A DNA stretch of 64,000 nucleotides from Eledone cirrhosa (lineage: Eukaryota). The notes under the pieces are model-generated. The model made no database searches, was not told the DNA's origin, and worked only from the letters and a program-made list of their open reading frames with translations. The position numbers and the translations under genes are program-made. Location: NCBI GenBank assembly GCA_964016885.1, contig OZ024743.1:90830001-90894000 (forward strand), in the 5' to 3' direction. Numbering within the stretch: position 1 is the first letter of the stretch; each line of letters begins with the position of its first letter. Positions 1 through 10,869 of the stretch are shown here, one piece after another.

Positions 1-1675
1 AAACTCCATGTCGGATTCCGTGGCGTCTGGGAGGGGTATGTGCTCCACGGCTGTTGGTGGTGGTAGTGGAGCCCTCTTCGGCAATTTTGTTGCTGGTGTA
101 GCTACTTCAAATGTAGCTATTGGTGTTGCCGCCACTGATGCTGCTGCTTTAGTTGTCCGTGGCCTTGGTACGGGTGCCACGGACGTTGCCCTGCTACTCA
201 CCGTGGAAGAGGCTTCTGCGTTTGTTGCCTGCCCTGCTCTTGGTAGCAGCGGACCAGGTATTGGAAGGAGAGGGGCCTTCTTCTTCGCTGTCTTCTGCGG
301 GCAAAAGGCCCTGAGGTGACCCTTCGACCCACAGAGATAACATTTTGGCCGTATTCCTTCTACGCTAATAGGGAGTTGGAGTCCTTCCTCGATGTCTCTG
401 ATATCGGGGATAGCGTCGATACATTCCTGGTCAGTTTGTATAACCATTTGCAGGCCTATACCTGACCAGTTCTCTCTCCCTATTTTCTCTACTTGCAGCA
501 TGGTCGTCCTGTCCTTGATTCCAGCAAGGACTGACGCGGCCAGCCAAGCTATGGGCACGTTGGGTGGGACCTGGGTCACTTTGACCCTCACAATTTTCTG
601 CCCGCAGTAGGAGGGCACCAAGACTATCTCCTCACTCTTTAGGGTTTCCAAAGAGTGAGACTTTGTTTCCTGAGGGGTGGCGAAAAGTACGTCTACTGTG
701 GCGTACTTTCTGCCTCGAATGATGTGGGTTTTGCGTGCCCAGACGCACCCCAAGGCCTTTTGGATTTGAGCCTCCGTGAGATTTTGCTTACGGTGCGGTA
801 AGTCACCATCCGTAGCTGCTGGTCCTTGAAACAATAGGGTGGAGGTTTCAAGGAGACTCTATTGGCGCTTCTTGTCACCATGGCCCTTGCGACTACCATC
901 TCCTCCTCTGTGACTAACACTGTCTCGATATTTCGGGCGACACCTGCAAAAGAAGTGGCCCCTTTTTCAGCAGCACCACTATTGCTGCCGCTACTGGTCT
1001 TACTGGTGGTGCTGAGATCGCTGTTACAGGTATCGATGTCATTGTTGATGTTTTCGTTGGTACAGTTGTTGTTGTTGTTGTTGTTTTCATTGATACTGTT
1101 GCTGTTGTTACTGTTATTGTGGCTGTTGTTATTATTGTTGTTTTTGTTGATACTGTTCCTACTATTATTGTTTTTGTGGCTGTTGTTATTGTCATTGTTA
1201 TTGTCGTTCTCGACCTTTCCGCTGTTATTTTTGTTATTGTCGTTCTCGACTTTACCGCTGTTATTTTTGTTGTTGCTGTTGTTATTGTTGGTGTTGTTTG
1301 TGTTAGAAATATTTGTTAATTTTAAATCTGTAACAATCTTCTTTTCCTTTGTAATATTTTCGTTTATATTTACCTCCGCTAGAACGCTGTCTTGTTGATA
1401 TGTTGACAAAGTCTCCCTCTCTCTGTGTTGTCTGACAGCGCTCTCTCTGTTTCTTGTGTTATCCATGTTGAAATTTTTTTTTCAAAAATATTTTTACACA
1501 AATACTAATACGACACCCCGTAAAGGGGTGCCGTATTATTTACGAGTGAACCCCTGTATTAGGTGGGTCACTTCTAAACTTTTATCAAATTTAAAACTTG
1601 AATAAAAGGTTTAGAACGGTTGAAAACGAGGTAAAACGTTGAAAAAAACTGGAGGCGATAAGAAGCGTGGCTTCA
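1..1675 (-). mobile_element. Tx1/L1-type LINE, 5' UTR and frameshifted ORF1 (continues out of the window)
   Basis: ORF 693-1466 has an Asn-rich N-terminus. After a frameshift it continues to a zinc knuckle (RPKCYLCGSKGHLRAFC), colinear with ORF1 at 38329-39615 (RPQCFVCGEKTHLRAFC). The 5' end abuts (AAT)n. Confidence 0.85.
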
Positions 1676-1677
1676 CC

Positions 1678-2098
1678 AACAATAATAGTTTCTATTTTAG
1701 GCACAAGGCCAGAAATTACCAAGTACATTACTGGTACTTTATTTTATCGACCCCGTAAGGGTGAAAGGCAAAGTTAACCTCGGCGGGATTTGAACTCAGA
1801 TCATAAAGGGACGTAACTCTATGCTTCAAAGCATGGTGTCCGACTCTCTACCGACACTGCCAATCCACCACCAACAATAATAATAATAGTTTCTTATATA
1901 GGCACAAGGCCAGTAATTTGGGGGAGGGGAAAGTCGATTAAATCGACCCCAGTGCGTGACTAGTACTTTATTTTATCGACCCCATAAGGATGAAAGGCAA
2001 AGTTAACCTCGGCGGGATTTGAACTCAGAATGGCAAGGGCCGTAACTCTATGCGTCAAAGCATGGCGTCCGACCCTCTACCGGTACTACCAATCCACC
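1678..2098 (-). mobile_element. Two head-to-tail tRNA-derived SINEs (about 1678-1870 and 1873-2098)
   Basis: Minus strand shows an A-box-like TGGTAGTACCGGTAGAG, B-box GAGTTCAAATCC, body GCCTTTCATCCTTAyGGGGTCGATAAAATAAAGTAC and an (ATT)n tail. Many related copies occur in the window. Confidence 0.85.
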
Positions 2099-2109
2099 GA
2101 TAATAATAA

Positions 2110-2505
2110 CAAGAATGTATCGATAAAAACATTTGAAAAATTGACCTGGAGATAAAAATTTGAAAAATGTGGAAATTGAGAACTAAAACAATACCAGTGG
2201 TTGTAGGCGCTCTAGGAATGATACCTAAGGGGTCTAATGATTACTTAACGCAAATCCCAGGAAACCCGCGTATAGGAGAAATACAAAAGATAGTACTAAT
2301 GGGAACTGCCCATATACTAAGGAAGATTCTGTCAATATAAGTACATCACAAGTCTAAACACCTAAAGATGCATGTGTGAATATGTATGTTCTTTCTTGAA
2401 CATGGCGGACCTTGTTGTCTCTTGAGGTCACTGGTTGTGACTTGGTGATAACTCGTATGAACATAAAGCAAGATAAATGCAACTATAATAATAATAATAA
2501 TAATG
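2110..2505 (+). mobile_element. R4/Dong-clade non-LTR retrotransposon 3' fragment
   Basis: Hand translation gives KMWKLRTKTIPVVVGALGMIPKG...IQKIVLMGTAHILRKILSI*, typical of the R4/Dong restriction-like endonuclease C-terminus. It ends in (TAA)n, the known Dong target. Confidence 0.8.
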
Positions 2506-2530
2506 CTTTCTTTATTATTTATTTATTTAT

Positions 2531-2562
<32 letters not shown>

Positions 2563-2803
2563 TTAATAATGATTAGGGAACAAAGAATCACTGTTGCATC
2601 ATATGCATATTTAATCACATACTACATATGTTTCATTGTCGATCAGCTCGAGGAACGATCGATTATGTTCATTCCTGATGCTGGAATCGAAAGCTCCTCA
2701 GATATGTGTTCTCACATGTAGTTTTACATCCAAATGTTGCTGAATTATTAGGTACCCGATTGTGTGTGTGTGTGGGGTGTGTGGGGGTGTGGGGGTGTGT
2801 GTA

Positions 2804-2926
<123 letters not shown>

Positions 2927-3007
2927 ATTCTTTACTTTATTCTTTCACGTCTTTTCAAAGTATTCAAACATCGGTATGACGTATGTTGAACAGACCAGAA
3001 TTTTTAT

Positions 3008-3219
3008 TTAAATTTTTTTCGTACCTGTCAGTTTATAATCTTTATCACTCCAAAATATTGTATCTGTACAAATTTGAATGTTGTAGTCTTCCGCCCAAAC
3101 AGTATATATTATATGGAAGCATAGTCGTAAATTTGTTTTCTCAAAATACTTCAATTTCATAAAGAAATGGAATTTGCGAAACTGTAGGTATAAGGACATT
3201 CTCCTCATCTCTCCAGGAT
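3008..3219 (-). CDS. Gene A probable terminal exon 4 (secreted Cys-containing protein)
   Basis: Acceptor ttttccattcattcacag|AT is phase 1, matching exon 3. Open frame [10 protein letters not shown]...[38 protein letters not shown], with AATAAA downstream. An alternative phase-1 donor exists at 3025|3024. Confidence 0.6.
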
Positions 3220-3240
3220 CTGTGAATGAATGGAAAATAA

Positions 3241-3257
3241 TTATATATATATATAAA

Positions 3258-3314
<57 letters not shown>

Positions 3315-3581
3315 GTATGTATATATATATATTTATATGTGTATATATATATATATATATAAATGTATGTATATATATATATTTATATGTGTATATATAT
3401 ATATATATAAATGTATGTATATATATATTTATATGTGTATATATATATATATATGCATGTATATGTATATATATATATGTATATATATATATATGCATGT
3501 ATATGTATATATATATGTATATATATATATATATGCATGTATATGTATATATATATATATGTATATATATGTATATATATG

Positions 3582-3614
<33 letters not shown>

Positions 3615-3619
3615 GTATA

Positions 3620-3676
<57 letters not shown>

Positions 3677-3679
3677 ATA

Positions 3680-3735
<56 letters not shown>
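3241..3735. repeat. (TA)n/(TATG)n microsatellite
   Basis: Seen directly. Confidence 0.95.
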
Positions 3736-3737
<2 letters not shown>

Positions 3738-3834
3738 TATATCAGTACATGTATATATATATAAATATATCAGTACATGTAGATGGCGTAGGACAGAACA
3801 AAGGAGAGGCACAAAACAAAGAAAAGAATCTCCA

Positions 3835-3877
3835 GTCACTGAAGAGGTCACAGAATGTGTGACGAAAGAACTTTGAC
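3835..3877 (+). ncRNA. Minimal type I hammerhead ribozyme in a short dispersed element (3781-4065)
   Basis: gtca-CTGAAGA-g-gtcaca/tgtgac-GAAA-gaac-TT-tgac. A second copy of the element lies at about 47007-47270. Confidence 0.7.
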
Positions 3878-4091
3878 AATATATGAACAACCGTCCGGTT
3901 GTGGAACCAACCAACCAACCGGAAATTTATAAATATTTAAAAAATAAAAAAAAACATTAAAAAAATTTTTTTTTTGAAAAGATTTTTGATTTATAATAAA
4001 TTGAAGTGAAAGTAACTGGTGCGTGTGTTTCTTATTGGCAACATGACCCTCTCAAAGTATAACAATATATATATAAATATAAATATATCAG

Positions 4092-4138
<47 letters not shown>

Positions 4139-4144
<6 letters not shown>

Positions 4145-4978
4145 TATAAAGTATGTCCATAGAATCATTTGATAATATATATACACCATTTCCTCACCCA
4201 ATTAGCATAATTAACCGCACAAAACATCAATTAGACCAGGCTATAAGATTAAAAGGCACCTATGAAGAAATAGTAGATAAATAAACGACAGCAATCTCTT
4301 CGCGACCAACCGCTATAGAATATTTACCCAACATTTCAATAGCACGTGGAAATCGATTAAATATACCGTCAACCACACACAATTAGGTATAAAATTAAAG
4401 TTAGAAGAAAAAATGCATATACACATACCAGGGTTACGTTTCTACCCTTAGGGTTTCGTTCGCTCTTGGAAATATCCTATTAAGGATAAAATCCCGAGCT
4501 TCGAACTCATCAGGAAACAAACTCATTTGGACAAAGAATTTTCATAAGTAATTCCCGCCAGAAACGAATTCAAAATGGCTAAGAACTGTGACGTGGCAGT
4601 GGTAAAGTCAGAAAGAATGTGATTGGTTGCTTACGGCGAGTGGGCTGGTTGCTAGAAAGCGCAGCCCAATATTGCCTAAATTGCATCTCAACCTTATGGA
4701 AGATTATTAAATATAAAGATTTACATATACACAAACTAGACAAACTCAGATATATATGTTTTGGCAACCATTCACGATGTGGCTCAATGATGAATTAATA
4801 AATTAAATAATCAGAGCAATATACTATAAAGTATGTCCATAGAATCATTTGATGATATATATACACCATTTCCTCTCGCAATTAGCATAATTAACCACAC
4901 AAAAAAATCAATTAGACCAGGCTATAAGATTAAAAGGCACCTATGAAGAAATAGTAGATAAATAAACGACAGCAATCT
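4139..4978 (-). mobile_element. Non-autonomous hammerhead element with about 160-bp terminal direct repeats (period about 680 bp), PLE pseudo-LTR or retrozyme-like
   Basis: 4139-4297 is repeated at 4819-4978. It is flanked by (TA)n and (TG)n, contains an internal hammerhead and has no ORF. Confidence 0.7.
4438..4518 (-). ncRNA. Type I hammerhead ribozyme
   Basis: Minus strand: gtttc-CTGATGA-long stem II (gttcg...cgaac)-GAAA-ccctaaggg-TA-gaaac. Confidence 0.85.
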
Positions 4979-4985
4979 AGTGTGT

Positions 4986-5081
<96 letters not shown>

Positions 5082-5383
5082 CGACAGCAATCTAGTGTGT
5101 GTGTGTGTGTGTGTAGCGTTCTCCAGATAAAGGGAAGTAGCTGGAGTTAATTCCCGTTGAATTCTAGAGGATTCCTTGAACTTCCATCTAGGGATTATAA
5201 AGGAGGGAGAAAAGAAGCATCTTGGCTTTTTTGGCAACCGGCTCTCGGACAGTTCACTCACGAGCGAGTTTGTTATAATCTTGTTATATCTATATCGAAT
5301 TAAATTAGTGGTTGGCCTGCAGTGGTGTTTACCAAAGTAAATAAGCCTGTGACCAACTCACTAAGTATGTATATATATATATA

Positions 5384-5414
<31 letters not shown>

Positions 5415-5423
5415 GTACATATA

Positions 5424-5471
<48 letters not shown>

Positions 5472-5547
5472 TATATATATGTATATATATATAGAGAGAG
5501 ATAGAGTGTATATATGTATATATATACATATATATATATATAGTATA

Positions 5548-5970
5548 CTAGCAGTGATACCAGGCGTTGCACGGGATAAGGTATTTTGGAACACGGGCCG
5601 CCAACAGACCTAATCGTGGAAAAACTGCATGCCTGGACAATATGTAAAGTAAATAAACCGAATACTCGGATGGCAGGATAATCTTTAAGATTTTACTCGA
5701 TGAAGCATGAAAAATGCAGGATTTCACCTAATGCAGGCCCTAGGGGATGTGTATAATATGCCTTGAAATTTCGGGAAAAATCGGCTAGACTTAACGCCTC
5801 AAAAAAGCCCTAAAAAGCTGAAAAAAAATGAAGTGTTTCACCTAATGCGGGCCCTAGGCCATAACAAAGTTGGATTTTCTTTGCTTACGGTATGAAGAAG
5901 AGACTGACTAATACATAGTTACAATTTCAAGGAAATCGGTCTGACGTAACGCCTCAAAAAACTCTTACTT
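5548..5970 (-). mobile_element. Non-autonomous Helitron 3' end (the 5970 boundary is uncertain)
   Basis: Minus strand ends cccgtgcaacgcctgg...CTAG|T, similar to the Helitron end at 27687. Confidence 0.55.
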
Positions 5971-6108
5971 TAGTCCAGAAATAGCCGTCGAAACAGCTTG
6001 AGCTCTGCCGTCGGGGTCATACTCTCTCCTATTACCCACTCTACTACCCTAAGTATTGAGTACTCTGGTGCGTTATGGTCCATCTGGTTCCTTACCACAA
6101 CTCCTCCG

Positions 6109-6179
<71 letters not shown>

Positions 6180-6251
6180 TAAATATATATATATATAAAT
6201 CAAGAAAGAAGAATGACATGGTTTGCTATACAATAAGGGCTTTATTCACAT

Positions 6252-6359
6252 TGCTGACAATTGTTTCTCTGAACTGGTAGGTCTAGAGATCGCTACCCGC
6301 CTGTTTTTGCGTCAATCGATCACCAATACTTTGTTATAACCAGTCTATTCATCAGAGCA
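6252..6359 (-). ncRNA. Hammerhead ribozyme with extended stem II, in dispersed element about 6200-6580
   Basis: tgct-CTGATGA-..actggt..accagt..-GAAA-caattg-TC-agca. Homolog at 52975-53080. Confidence 0.7.
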
Positions 6360-6599
6360 TGCGAGAATGAAGGAAATACACAGGCATGGCTTCTATATAT
6401 AATAGTGGCATTAAATCAGAACAATAATAACAATACTCAAATAAATTAGCTAGATAGTAAATAGTTAAAATAATCACAACATCAATCTAAGTAAGAAATA
6501 GAGTATACTGATGACTTTAGCATGTAAAACGAGCTGATACGAAACAGATGTATGAAATTGACATGTAAAAGCTGTCATGGGGTATATTATAGAGTAGAG

Positions 6600-7758
6600 T
6601 AGGAATACAGACAGGGTAGGAGACACCAGACAGAAGAGACAGAGAGGCACCCAAGGCAAGTGCTTCCTTAAAATGCCACACCTGGGCGAGAATACCACCA
6701 ACGCTATCCGCAAGGCTATACGGAGGGAGGGCCTCGAGATCGACCTGGCCCACTTGAGCCCCTCCCTGCGAATATGCCTCTCCAAGAAACCCGACAAATC
6801 AACTGACGCGTGCTCCCTCAGAGACTGCCCGATGCGCCATGCGAACTGTTGCCTACGCACATACGTCGTGTATAAGATATAATGTAACAAGTGCAACCAA
6901 TACTATATAGGTAGCACAATCCGGCCGCTGCACATCCGGATCAAGGAGCACACTAACACCAGGGCCTCGTCTTTCCGGAAACACATAGCCAAATGCGGAA
7001 ACAGAGACGGAAGGCCCATTGTCACAATTCTAGCGACAGAAAGAAACGTCGGCACATTACGTATCAAGGAAGCACTTTGGATCAAACGCCTAGGGCCACA
7101 ATTAAACAACCGATCCGAGAGAAGCGAAATGAGGTGGTTGGTTTAAGTAAACAAACGATGCAGCAACACACGCACACACATACACAAGCGAGACAGCAAC
7201 ACACGCACACACACAGTAGCATTCCACCACACGAACATACTACACTGCCAATACAGAGGAACAAGGCAACAACACACGCACAGACACACACACAGTAACA
7301 TTCACCAAACAGGCAGATAATACTATGGACTGACAGCTAGCGCCATCCCACTCCCACAATTGAAAGAACTATTTCGGCCGCCGTCCTCTGCTTAACCGAC
7401 CCCATTTCACGTGCACGCGCGCTCTGCTGAATACCTCAGATATTCAAAACAACGAACAGCGGATGACACGTTTCGCACCTTTCCTACAGACACCCCCCCT
7501 CCCCTCGGAAAAACCCCAGTTGATGGATGTGAATCCGAAATATATAGGGACAATTAAATCTCTCCCAAGGTAACTCTATCTCGTGTTATTTTTTTTATTT
7601 TTATCCTTTACGCTCTTTCCTACATTCTTCTACACGCTACAGTCTTCTACACGCCATGCATCTCAACGTACACCCACTTACATCTCTCTCTCCACGACCG
7701 GATCTTGTTACCCGGAGATTTACCCATCTGCATTGTCGAGGCTTCCAAACGACTTAAA
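6600..7758 (+). mobile_element. 5'-truncated Penelope-like element (GIY-YIG endonuclease and 3' UTR)
   Basis: LKMPHLGENTTNAIRKAIRREGL...VVYKI*CNKCNQYYIGSTIRPLHIRIKEH. A degenerate hammerhead lies near 7514-7550 and the element ends at (TA)n. Confidence 0.85.
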
Positions 7759-7934
7759 GATATATATATATATATATTGGAATAAATGCTCTGAAATAGC
7801 GATATATATGTGAATATAGACATAGAATATTCGAAAATATTCTGTATGTTTATAATAAACATTTTGAAGACCTAATCGCTATAGAATAGAATACGTCACG
7901 TATTACAATTAGATTCTCGATAAAAGCAAGGGAA

Positions 7935-7977
7935 GTAATCTACGCGTTTCATTCTTGTTAGAAATCATCAGGACTAC
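7935..7977 (-). ncRNA. Minimal type I hammerhead (also at 8245-8287 and 8555-8597)
   Basis: Reverse complement of the motif at 9115-9157. Confidence 0.85.
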
Positions 7978-9114
7978 ATATCCAGTGCTTTTATCGAGAA
8001 TGACACAGCTAGAGACTTATAGAATACTTAGCTGTGTACAGGAACTGGTTTGAAAGAGCGGTTGCCGGTCCGGCAGAAATTAGAAATTGGAATAAATGCT
8101 CTGAAATAGCGATATATATGTGAATATAGACATAGAATATTCGAAAATATTCTGTATGTTTATAATAAACATTTTGAAGACCTAATCGCTATAGAATAGA
8201 ATACGTCACGTATTACAATTAGATTCTCGATAAAAGCAAGGGAAGTAATCTACGCGTTTCATTCTTGTTAGAAATCATCAGGACTACATATCCAGTGCTT
8301 TTATCGAGAATGACACAGCTAGAGACTTATAGAATACTTAGCTGTGTACAGGAACTGGTTTGAAAGAGCGGTTGCCGGTCCGGCAGAAATTAGAAATTGG
8401 AATAAATGCTCTGAAATAGCGATATATATGTGAATATAGACATAGAATATTCGAAAATATTCTGTATGTTTATAATAAACATTTTGAAGACCTAATCGCT
8501 ATAGAATAGAATACGTCACGTATTACAATTAGATTCTCGATAAAAGCAAGGGAAGTAATCTACGCGTTTCATTCTTGTTAGAAATCATCAGGACTACATA
8601 TCCAGTGCTTTTATCGAGAATGACACAGCTAGAGACTTATAGAATACTTAGCTGTGTACAGGAACTGGTTTGAAAGAGCGGTTGCCGGTCCGGCAGAAAT
8701 TAGAAATTGGAATAAATGCTCTGAAATAGCGATATATATGTGAATATAGACATAGAATATTCGAAAATATTCTGTATGTTTATAATAAACATTTTGAAGA
8801 CCTAATCGCTATAGAATAGAATACGTCACGTATTACAATTAGATTCTCGATAAAAGCAAGGGAAGTAATCTAATTGTAATACGTGACGTATTCTATTCTA
8901 TAGCGATTAGGTCTTCAAAATGTTTATTATAAACATACAGAATATTTTCGAATATTCTATGTCTATATTCACATATATATCGCTATTTCAGAGCATTTAT
9001 TCCAATTTCTAATTTCTGCCGGACCGGCAACCGCTCTTTCAAACCAGTTCCTGTACACAGCTAAGTATTCTATAAGTCTCTAGCTGTGTCATTCTCGATA
9101 AAAGCACTGGATAT

Positions 9115-9157
9115 GTAGTCCTGATGATTTCTAACAAGAATGAAACGCGTAGATTAC
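9115..9157 (+). ncRNA. Minimal type I hammerhead (also at 9425-9467, 9735-9777, 10045-10087)
   Basis: gtagtc-CTGATGA-tttctaacaagaat-GAAA-cgcg-TA-gattac. Stem III is palindromic and stem I is extended by a 16-bp helix (attctcgataaaagca/tgcttttatcgagaat). Confidence 0.85.
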
Positions 9158-10207
9158 TTCCCTTGCTTTTATCGAGAATCTAATTGTAATACGTGACGTA
9201 TTCTATTCTATAGCGATTAGGTCTTCAAAATGTTTATTATAAACATACAGAATATTTTCGAATATTCTATGTCTATATTCACATATATATCGCTATTTCA
9301 GAGCATTTATTCCAATTTCTAATTTCTGCCGGACCGGCAACCGCTCTTTCAAACCAGTTCCTGTACACAGCTAAGTATTCTATAAGTCTCTAGCTGTGTC
9401 ATTCTCGATAAAAGCACTGGATATGTAGTCCTGATGATTTCTAACAAGAATGAAACGCGTAGATTACTTCCCTTGCTTTTATCGAGAATCTAATTGTAAT
9501 ACGTGACGTATTCTATTCTATAGCGATTAGGTCTTCAAAATGTTTATTATAAACATACAGAATATTTTCGAATATTCTATGTCTATATTCACATATATAT
9601 CGCTATTTCAGAGCATTTATTCCAATTTCTAATTTCTGCCGGACCGGCAACCGCTCTTTCAAACCAGTTCCTGTACACAGCTAAGTATTCTATAAGTCTC
9701 TAGCTGTGTCATTCTCGATAAAAGCACTGGATATGTAGTCCTGATGATTTCTAACAAGAATGAAACGCGTAGATTACTTCCCTTGCTTTTATCGAGAATC
9801 TAATTGTAATACGTGACGTATTCTATTCTATAGCGATTAGGTCTTCAAAATGTTTATTATAAACATACAGAATATTTTCGAATATTCTATGTCTATATTC
9901 ACATATATATCGCTATTTCAGAGCATTTATTCCAATTTCTAATTTCTGCCGGACCGGCAACCGCTCTTTCAAACCAGTTCCTGTACACAGCTAAGTATTC
10001 TATAAGTCTCTAGCTGTGTCATTCTCGATAAAAGCACTGGATATGTAGTCCTGATGATTTCTAACAAGAATGAAACGCGTAGATTACTTCCCTTGCTTTT
10101 ATCGAGAATCTAATTGTAATACGTGACGTATTCTATTCTATAGCGATTAGGTCTTCAAAATGTTTATTATAAACATACAGAATATTTTCGAATATTCTAT
10201 GTCTATA

Positions 10208-10244
<37 letters not shown>

Positions 10245-10310
10245 GTTATTCCGGGTTGAATCGGAGGTAACCACAGTAAGTAAGGTACTCAATACATAGC
10301 AGAGTATAAA

Positions 10311-10433
10311 AGTTTTAATATAGATGAGATTCTACAGGACTAGAACTGTTTCATTCATTAGAAATCATCAGGAATCCTGATGATTTCTAATGAATGAAAC
10401 AGTTCTAGTCCTGTAGAATCTCATCTATATTAA

Positions 10434-10437
<4 letters not shown>
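10311..10437. repeat. Fold-back palindrome centred on a hammerhead core (element 10244-10437)
   Basis: Arms of about 62 bp surround caggaatcctg. CTGATGA...GAAAC is present on both strands and the element is flanked by (TA)n. Confidence 0.85.
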
Positions 10438-10490
<53 letters not shown>

Positions 10491-10665
10491 ATAGATATCC
10501 CAGTAGGTACTAGGTACACACGGAAATATATATGGTGTCTATAATAGTGGTTGTTCTATGGTACTAATTTGAGATACCAGAACTGTAAATATGAGCGGAA
10601 CAAGTAAACATTAAATAATCTTTTAAATAAATTAAAATACGATTTAAATATTTACCTCTTCTAGT

Positions 10666-10745
10666 GCCATGACCGACGGTTTCGCTTATCAAAAGATTGG
10701 AAATTCAGAGAATTTCCAATGGAAAGATATAGCTCTTCAGATAGC
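10666..10745 (-). ncRNA. Type I hammerhead ribozyme
   Basis: gctat-CTGAAGA-gct..ttggaaatt/aatttccaa..agc-GAAA-ccgtcgg-TC-atggc. Confidence 0.85.
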
Positions 10746-10869
10746 TTTTCCAAATCTACTAGACATAAATCCGTATAGATGTAGATATATCACCCTCTGC
10801 CCAGTGAATGAATCAAGCCGTTAAAATGACCCACACACTTATTAGACCGTTAGAAAAAGCGGGAATTAT

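Larger units (their letters stand above)
7777..10211. repeat. 310-bp tandem array with a central inversion; each complete unit carries a hammerhead (retrozyme-like)
   Basis: Unit marker aataaatgct recurs at 7781, 8091, 8401 and 8711. Orientation flips at 8867-8872 and about 4.3 inverted units follow. Units appear identical and both ends lie in (TA)n. Confidence 0.95.

Noticed and set aside
862-1398. Leu-rich membrane-protein-like ORFs (also 39098-39700)
   Set aside because: They are antisense shadows of the Asn-rich Tx1 ORF1.
3259-3914. Long YI/CV/HT/ER-rich ORFs here and throughout the ORF track
   Set aside because: They are translations of dinucleotide microsatellites.
7777-10211. CRISPR array or ordinary satellite
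   Set aside because: There are no unique spacers and the context is eukaryotic. The units carry ribozymes and have dispersed relatives.
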